A DNA stretch of 64,000 nt from a virus: positions 1-64,000 of the IMG/VR virus record IMGVR_UViG_3300032046_003126; one strand, given 5' to 3'. The notes beneath the pieces were generated by a model. The model was not told where the DNA came from. It made no database searches and worked only from the letters and a program-made list of their open reading frames with translations. Within the stretch, counting starts at the first letter, position 1. Every line of letters begins with the position of its first letter. Below, one piece after another: positions 18,352-28,396 of this stretch. A program made the position numbers and the translations under genes.

Positions 18352-19764
18352 ATGAGTTTTAATCCAAGTTCAATAGGAATAAATTTACCAAAAGAAAAAA
18401 AGAAGATATTAGTATTATCTGATCATGTGTTATCACCAAGTGGAGTCGGAGTCCAAACTCTTGCACTAATAAATGGTTTAATTCAAACAGGCAAATATAC
18501 TTTTAAGTCTTTGGGCGGCGCGATTAAACATGGTAATTATGATGTAATGAAACCACATCCAGATTTAGAAATAAAACCTGTAGATGGATTTGGCAGCAAA
18601 GAACAGTTAAGAAAATTACTATTAACTGAGCAGCCTGATGCCATTTTAATGGTAACTGATCCTAGACAATTTGTTTGGGTTTGGGAAATGGAGGATGAGA
18701 TAAGACAAGTGTGTCCGATAACATACTGGCATGTGTGGGATAATGACCCATACCCAGATTTTAATGGAGTATGGTATCGTTCTACAGATTTAATAAATTG
18801 TCTTTCATGGAAAACATTTGAATTAGTTAAACCAAATTTTCCTGAGAAAACAAATTATATTCCACATGCTTTTCCTAAAGAGCAATATTTTCCAATGTCA
18901 GACGAACAAATACAGACATTAAAAGTTCAACACTTTGGAGACAAAGCAGATTGGTTTAAAGTATTATGGGTTAATAGAAATGCGACAAGAAAGTTGCCTG
19001 CTGATGTTATGGCTTGTTGGAAAGAATTTCTAGATGAATTAGAAAAAAAATATGGTCACAGAAAAGCTTTATTAGTAATGCATACAGATCCAGCAGATAT
19101 GGAAGGGCCAAATCTATATGCTGTAAATGAAATGTTGAAAATAAATGAAAATGTTATGTTTTCAGTAGACAAACTTCAGGCTAATCACATGAATATGTTG
19201 CACAACATAACAGATACAATTATAAATATAGCAAAAGCTGAAGGTTTTGGTTTAAGTACTTTAATTTCCATGATGGTTGGAAAGCCAATAATTGCTTTAT
19301 GTACTGGAGGAGAAACCAGACAAGTAATTGACTGGAGAGATGGTAGCGAAAATGGCGTCGCAATACAACCTGCTTCTAGACAAATGGTTGGTTCACAAAT
19401 GGTTCCTTATATTTATGAAGATTTTTCTTCTCATAAAGATGTCGTTGAAGGATTTATGAAAATTTTTGACATGACAAGTGAAGAAAAAATTAACATGAAA
19501 AGGAAAGTTTTAGATTATGTTGATTTTGAATTTTCATATCAAAATATGATAAACTCTTGGGATTCTACATTATCTACTTGTATTAATAATTTCAATAATA
19601 CAAAAGGTTCAAAGTGGACATTTCAACAAATTGAAGCATCAAAGTTTAATAATAAAAATAAAGAAGCTATTATAGAAAATTCCGATCAAACTAAAAATAT
19701 TCAACATCCTATAGATGCAACAAGTGAAATTTTAAAATCTATAAAAATCATAGAGGAAATTTAA
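18352..19764 (+). CDS. Glycosyltransferase GT4
   Basis: LSDH...SGVG, TDPR, YHVWD, YIPHA, NRN..RK, HTDP, EGFGLSTL. Confidence 0.85.
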   Translation: MSFNPSSIGINLPKEKKKILVLSDHVLSPSGVGVQTLALINGLIQTGKYTFKSLGGAIKHGNYDVMKPHPDLEIKPVDGFGSKEQLRKLLLTEQPDAILMVTDPRQFVWVWEMEDEIRQVCPITYWHVWDNDPYPDFNGVWYRSTDLINCLSWKTFELVKPNFPEKTNYIPHAFPKEQYFPMSDEQIQTLKVQHFGDKADWFKVLWVNRNATRKLPADVMACWKEFLDELEKKYGHRKALLVMHTDPADMEGPNLYAVNEMLKINENVMFSVDKLQANHMNMLHNITDTIINIAKAEGFGLSTLISMMVGKPIIALCTGGETRQVIDWRDGSENGVAIQPASRQMVGSQMVPYIYEDFSSHKDVVEGFMKIFDMTSEEKINMKRKVLDYVDFEFSYQNMINSWDSTLSTCINNFNNTKGSKWTFQQIEASKFNNKNKEAIIENSDQTKNIQHPIDATSEILKSIKIIEEI

Positions 19765-19766
19765 AT

Positions 19767-20942
19767 ATGAAAAAGACAATTTTATTAAGAGCACCACTAT
19801 TAACACAAAGTGGATATGGAGTCCATTCAAGACAAGTAGCTAGATGGTTATTTGATTATGCAGACAGAGTAGGAAATATTGAAATACATACTGAATTATT
19901 AAATTGGGGACAAACTCCATGGTTGACAAACGTATATGAGCAAAGTGGTTTAATAGGAAGAATATTTCAAGCAAGTTATAAAAAACTGGATAAATACGAT
20001 GTTTCTATCCAACTGCAATTACCAAACGAATGGTGTGAAGAATTAGCAGACATAAATATTGGGATAACTGCTGGTGTTGAGGCAGATAGAGTAAATCCAG
20101 AATGGATAAATTGTGTTAATAAAATGTCTCTAGTGATTGTGCCATCTGAATATTCTAAAAAGGCTTTTTCAAATACTGGTCCTACAACAACAGAAATTTG
20201 TGTCATACCAGAAAGTTATTTTGATGAATTAGAAAATATTAGTTCAATAGAACCGTTGGGATTAAATCCTGAAACTAAATTTAATTTCTTAATTTTTGGA
20301 CAATTTACTTCTAATGTAGCCGAAGAAGATAGAAAAAATTTAGGATATACTCTAAAGTGGTTATGTGAAGAATTTCAAAACGATTCCGATGTTGGTATAA
20401 TTCTAAAAACAAATCTGGGTAGAAATAGTGAAATAGATAAGCAATTTGCTAATAACATGCTTGTTAAACTTTTAGATCAGGTTTCTGTAAAGGCAAATCC
20501 AAAAATTTATTTATTACATGGCGAGATGTCTAATTTAGATATTGCTAAATTATACAAAGAACCAAGTATTAAAGGATTTGTGACTTTGACACATGGAGAG
20601 GGTTTTGGTTTGCCAATATTAGAATCAGCAGTAGCAAAAATACCAATAATAGCTTCAAATTACTCCGCTCATACGGAATATTTGAAATTAGGTAAATTTA
20701 TTCCTATAGAGACTAAATCGTCCCCTGTTCCTGCTGGAAGAATAGATAATCAAATTTTTATGCCTGGTGCTCAATGGGGAGAACCCTCAGAAGTTGATTT
20801 TAAAAATAAGATAAGAAAATTTTACAAGTCTTCAGAAATACCAAAACAATGGGCAATAGAACTATCAGAAAAACTAACAAAAAATTATTGTTTTGATTCT
20901 ATTTCTAGTAAATATACTGAATTACTAGGTAAGTTTTTATGA
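19767..20942 (+). CDS. Glycosyltransferase GT4
   Basis: SGYGVHSR, PNEW, IVPS, DRKN, HGEGFGLPILES. Confidence 0.85.
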   Translation: MKKTILLRAPLLTQSGYGVHSRQVARWLFDYADRVGNIEIHTELLNWGQTPWLTNVYEQSGLIGRIFQASYKKLDKYDVSIQLQLPNEWCEELADINIGITAGVEADRVNPEWINCVNKMSLVIVPSEYSKKAFSNTGPTTTEICVIPESYFDELENISSIEPLGLNPETKFNFLIFGQFTSNVAEEDRKNLGYTLKWLCEEFQNDSDVGIILKTNLGRNSEIDKQFANNMLVKLLDQVSVKANPKIYLLHGEMSNLDIAKLYKEPSIKGFVTLTHGEGFGLPILESAVAKIPIIASNYSAHTEYLKLGKFIPIETKSSPVPAGRIDNQIFMPGAQWGEPSEVDFKNKIRKFYKSSEIPKQWAIELSEKLTKNYCFDSISSKYTELLGKFL

Positions 20943-21286
20943 TAAATGTTTTATTAATTTTATCTGTAATTTCAAATTTTATTTTTTTTATTTTATTAGT
21001 TGTTTCTTGTTATTATTTAATTAAATTTGTTAGAATAATAATGAATATAGAAGATGCACTATCTGATGCTTTACAGGTATTTGAGAGAACAGCAAAAAGC
21101 ACAACTGATGTGTTGCAAATGGAAATGTATTTTGAATCTCCAGAAGTAAAAAGATCGATTCAAATTCTTCTTGATGATGTCAAATTAAGTAATGTTGAGT
21201 TGCTAAGAGTAATAAAAAACTTTACAAATTTAAGTAAAGAGAAATATATAACGGTAATAAATGATGATTATGAAAAAGAAAACTAG
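20939..21286 (+). CDS. Small protein with one N-terminal transmembrane helix
   Basis: About 30 hydrophobic residues at the N-terminus, then a helical soluble tail. Confidence 0.6.
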   Translation: MINVLLILSVISNFIFFILLVVSCYYLIKFVRIIMNIEDALSDALQVFERTAKSTTDVLQMEMYFESPEVKRSIQILLDDVKLSNVELLRVIKNFTNLSKEKYITVINDDYEKEN

Positions 21287-22088
21287 GTTTAAAGTAAACA
21301 AGTCACAAAAAAATTCTGAATTATCATTAGAACTAGAAGATGCATTGTCTAACAAACCTGATAAGGCTTATAAAAAAATAAGTAGAAAAAAGCCAGGCCA
21401 GAAAACAATGAATTATATTACCATGGAGACACAAGATGCAATTGTGTCATATCAAGCAAAAGAAGACATTAAATTAAAAAACGATATTTATCTAAAAGAA
21501 ATATATCCTGCTTTTGATTCTTTGGTAGAAAATTTGATTAATGTTTACGGGTTTAATGTAGTACATGAAAGCAGGGTTGATTTAAAAAACGAATGTTTAG
21601 AGTTTTTGTATAGAACACTTCCAAAATTTCAAGCAGATAAAGGTTCTAAGGCGTTCAGTTACTTTAACGTTGTAGCTAAAAATTGGCTTACAATAAGAAG
21701 CAAAACAAATGCTAAAAAAGTACAAACATATATTTCAATTGACGACAAAGATACGATGGCTCAACATGATTTGTATACTATAGAAAATTACAATATAATA
21801 CCAGCTGGTGATGATTTAATGTTTATGAAATTATACCCAGATGAATTAAAAGCAACAATAGAAGATTTGGTTAATATTGTAAAAACAGAAAATGAAAAAA
21901 ATTGTGTTAGAGCTATTTCTATGTTATTAAAAGATTTAGAAGAAGTAGATTTTTTAAACAAAAGAGCTGTTTTATTATATTTAAGAGAAATAACTGGATT
22001 AAATTCAAAACAACTTAGTGTTATTTTAGCTTCTCTGAAAAAACACTATAGAGATATAAAAAGAAAAGAAGAAAATGAAATCTCATAA
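21261..22088 (+). CDS. Phage late-transcription sigma factor (T4 gp55-like)
   Basis: Region-2-like DLKNECLEFL...LPKF..DKGSKAFSYFNVVAKN; lies immediately before the structural module. Confidence 0.7.
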   Translation: MMIMKKKTRFKVNKSQKNSELSLELEDALSNKPDKAYKKISRKKPGQKTMNYITMETQDAIVSYQAKEDIKLKNDIYLKEIYPAFDSLVENLINVYGFNVVHESRVDLKNECLEFLYRTLPKFQADKGSKAFSYFNVVAKNWLTIRSKTNAKKVQTYISIDDKDTMAQHDLYTIENYNIIPAGDDLMFMKLYPDELKATIEDLVNIVKTENEKNCVRAISMLLKDLEEVDFLNKRAVLLYLREITGLNSKQLSVILASLKKHYRDIKRKEENEIS

Positions 22089-22560
22089 AAAAAATGATAA
22101 TTCAATAAACGAATTGGTTTTTGATGATATAGAACCTTTAACTAGAGAATTCAAAGATGTTGAATTTGCTGAATTAGAAATTACAAAAGTTAAAGAACTT
22201 AAAAAAGAAAACGAAAGATATCTGAGAGATTTTAATAAATTATTAGATAATATTTCAAGTACAGAAGACAAACAAAAGACTTTGTGGAAACAAATTTTCG
22301 AGAACGCTACCGCTGATAGGGTAAATGCCTATATAGTTTGGTATGATTTATATGAAGCCGTTTATGGTAAACCAAACGAACATGCATTGCATGGACAAAA
22401 TCTATCAAGATATATGGAACGCATGTCAAAAGCAAACGAGCAATTATTAAAATTAGCCGAACAAGTATTTGCAGCTGAGAAAAAAACTGATAATTTGGTT
22501 GTTAGTGATGATGATATTTACAATACTTTGGAAAAAGAGTATGAAAAAAATAAAAACTGA
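22075..22560 (+). CDS. Hypothetical helical protein
   Basis: ORF overlaps the upstream gene; codon style matches neighbours. Confidence 0.6.
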   Translation: MKSHKKNDNSINELVFDDIEPLTREFKDVEFAELEITKVKELKKENERYLRDFNKLLDNISSTEDKQKTLWKQIFENATADRVNAYIVWYDLYEAVYGKPNEHALHGQNLSRYMERMSKANEQLLKLAEQVFAAEKKTDNLVVSDDDIYNTLEKEYEKNKN

Positions 22561-22572
22561 TAATTAAAATGT

Positions 22573-24240
22573 ATGGCAAATGGTTTAATAGTCACTAGAA
22601 GAGTCGCAGGTGGGTTTGCCAATAATCAAATTGGTGACGACCTAAGACAATTAAGAAATCAAGGACAAGCACCAACTTTATTAAAAGCTGTTGTCACTGA
22701 GGTAATTTGTGATCCTTCCTCATATACAGAAGAAGAACTTCAAGCACTAGCAGAGAGAGTTAATAATCCAGAATATGTAGACATAATGCCAATAAATTCT
22801 GTTGTTGCAAGGATTACATCAAATAGTCAGGATGCAGCAAATCCAACAGAAATAATTTTATTTCCATTTTTTTCTAGTAATTTCTTATTACCAATAGCTC
22901 CTGGGGAACAGATATATGTAATATATGAAGATTATTCTTTTCAACGTTCTTTAATGGGATTTTGGTTAACTAGAATATCAGAACAGAGAACTGTTGAAGA
23001 TGTAAATTACACGCATGGAGATCGTAGATATCAAGGATTTTTAAATCCACAAAACATAGGAACAGATCAGCGTGGCAAACAAACAGTTATAACACAAAGT
23101 TTTCCAAATGGTGGAAACAATGAAGGAAACCTTACCTTAAGGATAACAGGAAGTAATAATGAAAATCCATATGATGGAATATTAGCTGGAAGTAAAGCGG
23201 CAAAGTTTTTTACTTTTGAACCAATTCCTAGATTTAAAAAACGACCTGGAGATTTTGTCTTGCAAGGCAAAAATAATTCTTTAATTATTTTAGGAACTGA
23301 CAGAATAAATTCCATAACCTCTTCTTTGGGTGTAACTCAAGCAGGATGTATTGATATGGTCGCAGGACGTTCCAGAGTATTACCAGAGGGCGACGGGCCA
23401 AGTCAAAGTGTAACTTCACCAAATGGAACTTCTCCGTGGATTACACGCAATTCTAGAGGCCATCGCGAAGTTAATAAGTCTCCATATGTTTATGAAGGAG
23501 ACCAAGATGCACAAAACGAGGGCAATCCTGATTTAATTAATGATGCAGCAAGACTTCTTGTTACAATGCAATCTAATGCAGATATTAATTTTGGAATAGT
23601 AAATAATCCAAATGTAACATACGCAACAGATACATTGCCAATTATACAACCAAATCCAACTTTATCAGGTACGTTTGGAAAGTCTTATGTAATTGGAAAA
23701 GCAGACAATATAAGATTTATAGCAAGAAACAATACTGATTTAAATATTTCTGGTTCTTTATTGTTAATGAGAGAAGGAACTACTGAGGATGACATTGGAT
23801 ATTTCTTTATTAATAACGAAGCAAATATTCAAATAATGGCTCCAAAAATTTATTTTGGTAAAGCAACAGGACAATCAACCAATAACGAACCTCCCGAACC
23901 TTATATTAAATGGACTGAATTTAAAAAAACCGTTGATCACTTGCAAAAAGAAATTGAAGATGTAAGAGCTGCTTTGCAATCACAATTAAATGCTATAAAT
24001 CAAAATTTTACAATACTAGCGAATACATTAAATGGTGCATTTATGGCATCCGTGGCCGTACCTTTTACTCCAATTTCTAGTTTAACAGCAGCAGCTTCAG
24101 CGGTGACACCCACAGCTACATCCATAAGTACTGCGGTTACAACAGGTGATTCGCAAGCCCAACAAGCAGTTAGTAACGGTAAATCAAATACAGATACTTC
24201 TGTAGAAGAATCTAAGTCTGAAAGGATATTCGGAGAATGA
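22573..24240 (+). CDS. Putative baseplate hub/central spike (gp5/gpV-like)
   Basis: OB-like P...LLP.APGE.IYV and PGDFVLQGKNNS.I.LG; immediately upstream of the gp25- and J-like genes. Confidence 0.5.
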   Translation: MANGLIVTRRVAGGFANNQIGDDLRQLRNQGQAPTLLKAVVTEVICDPSSYTEEELQALAERVNNPEYVDIMPINSVVARITSNSQDAANPTEIILFPFFSSNFLLPIAPGEQIYVIYEDYSFQRSLMGFWLTRISEQRTVEDVNYTHGDRRYQGFLNPQNIGTDQRGKQTVITQSFPNGGNNEGNLTLRITGSNNENPYDGILAGSKAAKFFTFEPIPRFKKRPGDFVLQGKNNSLIILGTDRINSITSSLGVTQAGCIDMVAGRSRVLPEGDGPSQSVTSPNGTSPWITRNSRGHREVNKSPYVYEGDQDAQNEGNPDLINDAARLLVTMQSNADINFGIVNNPNVTYATDTLPIIQPNPTLSGTFGKSYVIGKADNIRFIARNNTDLNISGSLLLMREGTTEDDIGYFFINNEANIQIMAPKIYFGKATGQSTNNEPPEPYIKWTEFKKTVDHLQKEIEDVRAALQSQLNAINQNFTILANTLNGAFMASVAVPFTPISSLTAAASAVTPTATSISTAVTTGDSQAQQAVSNGKSNTDTSVEESKSERIFGE

Positions 24241-24464
24241 GTGATATTTTAACAAATGAATTACGCGACGCATTAATTAAAGTTGCTAAAGACACTAATG
24301 ATAGAGCTGAATTATTATTGAAGGCAAAAACACCCGCAAAGGCATTAGCAGAAGCATTAATAAAATTCCAATCAGAACAAACCGCTTCAGCCATTGCTTC
24401 CTATGTAGGAAAAAAGATTTTAAATTCAATGCAAACAAATTCTCTTCAAATTAAAAAAGTTTAA
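24237..24464 (+). CDS. Small baseplate-region protein
   Basis: ATGA overlap with the upstream gene and GGAG SD. Confidence 0.55.
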   Translation: MSDILTNELRDALIKVAKDTNDRAELLLKAKTPAKALAEALIKFQSEQTASAIASYVGKKILNSMQTNSLQIKKV

Positions 24465-24476
24465 TATTTAAAAAAT

Positions 24477-24950
24477 ATGTCAAAGTTAAGTTTTAAAAAT
24501 GTAGGGATTAAGAAATTCTCAGTAGAAGATACTAGTTTACCTGTCAGACTTACAAAACCAATAGGAATTAAAACTCCTTTAGAATTAGATTATGACGGGC
24601 AGGGTCTCTTGGTTATGCATACAAATATTGCGGATCAGATTGATGATAACTTTAGAAATTTAATTTTAACAAATTGGGGAGAAAGAATAGGAAAGTATAA
24701 TTTTGGAGCAAATTTAAGACCAATACTTTGTGATTTTTCTCACAAAGAAAATTTTGACAACGAGGCAATGATTAGAATTAACACAGCATTAACAAAATGG
24801 ATGCCATTTATCAGTCCCGATAACTATGTATCTACTATATTACACTCTGAGAAAACCACAACAGCTAGAGTGAACCTGCTAATTGAATATAGTATACCTT
24901 CTTTACAAATTACCAATAGAAATATAGAAGTAACATTATTTACTATATAA
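24477..24950 (+). CDS. Baseplate wedge protein, GPW/gp25 family
   Basis: QI.DNFRNLILTNWGER...FGANL...I..AL.KWMPFI. Confidence 0.85.
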   Translation: MSKLSFKNVGIKKFSVEDTSLPVRLTKPIGIKTPLELDYDGQGLLVMHTNIADQIDDNFRNLILTNWGERIGKYNFGANLRPILCDFSHKENFDNEAMIRINTALTKWMPFISPDNYVSTILHSEKTTTARVNLLIEYSIPSLQITNRNIEVTLFTI

Positions 24951-24960
24951 GGAATAAATT

Positions 24961-26805
24961 ATGTCATTCGATTCAAAAAAAGATTTAATAAAATCTATTA
25001 AACAAAGAAAATTCTTAAATAAAGATTTTGAAGGATTTAAAAATGATCTTTTTGAATATGCAAGAATTCATTTTCCAGATAGAATTCAAGATTTCTCTGA
25101 TGCTTCAATGGGTGGATTATTATTAGAATTAGCCGCATATGTTGGAGACGTTCAATCTTTCTACCTAGATCATCAATTTCATGAATTGGACCCAACATCA
25201 GCCACAGAAATTAAAAACATTGAAAGGCATCTGAAAAATTCTGATATAGAAATTACTGGAATGTCACCTGCTGTAGTTGATTTAGAATTATCTATTCAAG
25301 TACCTGCGGATTACTCTGTATCACCACCTATTCCTTTACATGAGTGTCTCCCAATTGTTCAGGCAGGCAGTGTATTTAAATCAAATAGTGGTATAGGATT
25401 TGAATTATTAGAAAATTTAGATTTCTCGGAATTTGATAGTAATAATAACTACATTGCTTCTGTTAGAATTGGTTCAAAAGATCCCAATAACTTGCCAACT
25501 TCTTTTATTTTGGCCAGACAAGGCACCGCTATATCGGGAAAAAGAGAAACAGAAAGTTTTAATGTTGAATCTTTTGAAAAGTTTAAAAAGTTCACACTAT
25601 CAAGACCTGATTTAACGCAGATTATATCAGTAATTGATTCTAGTGGGAATGAATATTATGAAGTAAAATATCTCACACAAGACACAGTTTACAAACCAAT
25701 ATTAAATTTTGGCAAAGATAATGTTCTTGTTAGAGATAATTTAATTGTAATGTCTGCTCCTTATAGATTCATAAAACAAATGAGTATAAATACCAAATTA
25801 ACAACTTTAACTTTTGGTGGCGGAAACGCAAAAGCTTTAAATGATGATATTATACCAGATCCATCCGAATATGCGCTTCCTTTATATGGTAAAAAAACCT
25901 TTTCAAGATTTTCAATAAATCCAGGTAATTTATTGGATTCTCAAACTCTTGGAGTAATTACACCAAATTCTACAATAACTGTACAATTTAGATATGGTGG
26001 TGGATTACAGCACAATGTATCCGAAAATACAATTAGAGGATTAGATTCTGTTGGAATGTCATTTCCAAATTCTCCTAGTGCTGCAAATTCACAATACGTT
26101 AGAAGATCATTAAATGTGACAAATCCTCAAAAAGCTCAAGGGGGAGAAGATGCTTTGAGTATAAACGAAATGAAGGCATTAATACCAGCTTCTAAGGCTT
26201 CTCAAAGCAGAATAGTTACAAAAGAAGACCTTATTGCCAGAGTTTATACAATGCCAGCAAATTTTGGAAGAGTTTATAGGGCTAGTGTTCGCTCTAATTC
26301 AAACAATCCTTTAGCTACACAACTATACATAGTATCAAGAAACGCAAACAAACAACTTGTTATTTCACCAGATACTTTAAAACAAAACATGGAAGTTTAT
26401 TTAAATAATTATAGAATGATATCTGATGCAATCGATATATTAGATGCACAAATAATAAATATTAAAGTGGAATTTTCAATAGTACCACACCCAGATTATA
26501 ACGCAAATTTAGTAATACAAAATATTTTATCTAGGTTAAAGAGTTTTTTTCAAACAAAAAATTTCAACATAGACCAGCCATTAATAATATCTGATTTACA
26601 CAATCTTATATATAATAATTTGGGAGTAATTTCAGTCAATTCAGTTAAAATAAAAAATATTTCAAATAATATCGGCCAAAGAAATTATAGTGATATACAG
26701 TTTGACGTGGAATCAAATATTACTAAAGGAATATTGGTTGGCCCCCCAGGTTCAATATTTGAATTACGATATCCTGATTTCGACATTGAAGGCGGGGTTA
26801 TATAA
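24961..26805 (+). CDS. Baseplate wedge subunit (gp6 / baseplate-J-like)
   Basis: KDFE..K..L, DFSDASMG.LLELAAYVGD..SFYLD, FGGG, YGGG..HN, AQGGED, SRIVTKED. Confidence 0.85.
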   Translation: MSFDSKKDLIKSIKQRKFLNKDFEGFKNDLFEYARIHFPDRIQDFSDASMGGLLLELAAYVGDVQSFYLDHQFHELDPTSATEIKNIERHLKNSDIEITGMSPAVVDLELSIQVPADYSVSPPIPLHECLPIVQAGSVFKSNSGIGFELLENLDFSEFDSNNNYIASVRIGSKDPNNLPTSFILARQGTAISGKRETESFNVESFEKFKKFTLSRPDLTQIISVIDSSGNEYYEVKYLTQDTVYKPILNFGKDNVLVRDNLIVMSAPYRFIKQMSINTKLTTLTFGGGNAKALNDDIIPDPSEYALPLYGKKTFSRFSINPGNLLDSQTLGVITPNSTITVQFRYGGGLQHNVSENTIRGLDSVGMSFPNSPSAANSQYVRRSLNVTNPQKAQGGEDALSINEMKALIPASKASQSRIVTKEDLIARVYTMPANFGRVYRASVRSNSNNPLATQLYIVSRNANKQLVISPDTLKQNMEVYLNNYRMISDAIDILDAQIINIKVEFSIVPHPDYNANLVIQNILSRLKSFFQTKNFNIDQPLIISDLHNLIYNNLGVISVNSVKIKNISNNIGQRNYSDIQFDVESNITKGILVGPPGSIFELRYPDFDIEGGVI

Positions 26806-26812
26806 ATAAATT

Positions 26813-28396
26813 ATGTATAGAATATTAAAATGTTTAAAAGATACGTATATAACAAATAAAGTTATTAAAAACAGCAGAAGCTTAGATTCAAATGTTGGTT
26901 CCGCTGGAACTTTAGATTTATTTAAACTTTATAATGAAAGTAATTTTTTATCTGGAACTTCTGATTTAACAGAATTAAGTAGAATTTTAATAAAGTTTGA
27001 TTTAGAGCCTTTGCATCAATTGACTTCTTCAATTTTTAATCCAAGTGGTTCTAATTTTAAAACTTATATTAATTTAAAAAATATTTATGGAGGACAAACA
27101 ACTCCAACTCACTTTAATTTAAAAGTTTATCCACTGGCCAAAGACTTCAATGAGGGAACTGGTCTAGATGTCGTAGCATACAGAGATCTCGACGCTGCAA
27201 ATTGGATAACCGCGTCACATACTAGCGGAATAATTGTTCCATGGATAAGCGGAGGAGCATCTTGTTCAGGCTCTATAGGTTCAAATGTAGACTATTACAC
27301 ATCAGGTAATATAGGACTTGGTTCACAAAGCTTAGGGGTTACTAGTTTTTTTGAATCTGGCGATGAAGACTTGTTTATAGACGTAACAAGTTTAGTATCA
27401 GCTTCGATATTTTCAAATATAACAAATAATGGATTTAGAATTTCATTCGCCGAATCAGAAGAAAATGATGAATATACTAGATTTGTTAAAAGATTTGGTT
27501 CCAGGCATACAAATAATAAAAATCTGCATCCAAAATTGATAGTAAAATGGGATGGTGACACAATATCTGACGACTCTAGTTTGGCACTATTCGATCAACC
27601 AAACAAATTTTATATTTATAATACTCCGCGTTCAATTTTAACTAATTTTAATTCTTCTTCACAAGAAGTTACAGGAGCAAATTCATTAGTTTTTGAACTT
27701 TTCGCAAGCAAATCTATTTCAATTTTAACTACATCTTATAGTCCAACTCATTTACAAAACATAACATATAAAACATCAATTTTAAGTCATTATAGCGCAT
27801 CTTTCTCGGGTAGTCAACTGTCTTTCGGTAGTTTAAAACAAAACGGAATTTATTATACCGATGTAGAACTGTTAACAACAAACCCAACGTTGTTAGATTT
27901 TATAGACGATGTAGGATATTCAGTAACTTTTCAAACCGTATGGAAGTCTTTAGATAATTCTATAGTATATTCATCTGGTTCAAATATCAAGTTCAATAAA
28001 TACTCTGTATCAGATTCTTCGTTTGATTTAAAAAATTATGTTGTTAACATAATAAATTTAAAAGAATATTATAATACAAAAGAACATTCAAAATTACGTG
28101 TTTTTATTCAAGATTATAATTTTGAAGTTTTTGCATTAAAATTGCCGCGACCTTCAAAATCAAGAATATTTGAAAATATGTTTTGGAGATTAATAGATCC
28201 TTACACTAAAGATATAATAATTCCTTTCGATGACATTGGAACAAAAATGTCATCTGATGGCGAGGGAATGTATTTTGATTTTTGGTTCGAGGATTTAGAT
28301 ATAAATAAAGTTTATGAATTTGAATTTAAAATAATCGAAGATGATAATGTACATTTTGTGTCAAATGAAGGATTTATATTTAAGGCAACAAAATGA
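26813..28396 (+). CDS. Virion structural protein with DNRLRE-like domain
   Basis: KDTYI, SRILIKFDL, DVTSLV, NNGF, HPKLIVKW; structural context. Confidence 0.55.
   Translation: MYRILKCLKDTYITNKVIKNSRSLDSNVGSAGTLDLFKLYNESNFLSGTSDLTELSRILIKFDLEPLHQLTSSIFNPSGSNFKTYINLKNIYGGQTTPTHFNLKVYPLAKDFNEGTGLDVVAYRDLDAANWITASHTSGIIVPWISGGASCSGSIGSNVDYYTSGNIGLGSQSLGVTSFFESGDEDLFIDVTSLVSASIFSNITNNGFRISFAESEENDEYTRFVKRFGSRHTNNKNLHPKLIVKWDGDTISDDSSLALFDQPNKFYIYNTPRSILTNFNSSSQEVTGANSLVFELFASKSISILTTSYSPTHLQNITYKTSILSHYSASFSGSQLSFGSLKQNGIYYTDVELLTTNPTLLDFIDDVGYSVTFQTVWKSLDNSIVYSSGSNIKFNKYSVSDSSFDLKNYVVNIINLKEYYNTKEHSKLRVFIQDYNFEVFALKLPRPSKSRIFENMFWRLIDPYTKDIIIPFDDIGTKMSSDGEGMYFDFWFEDLDINKVYEFEFKIIEDDNVHFVSNEGFIFKATK

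Noticed and set aside
3888-20942. Host chromosomal O-antigen or capsule locus
   Set aside because: It is continuous in strand and composition with phage core genes and lacks wzx, wzy, wzm/wzt and an initiating transferase.
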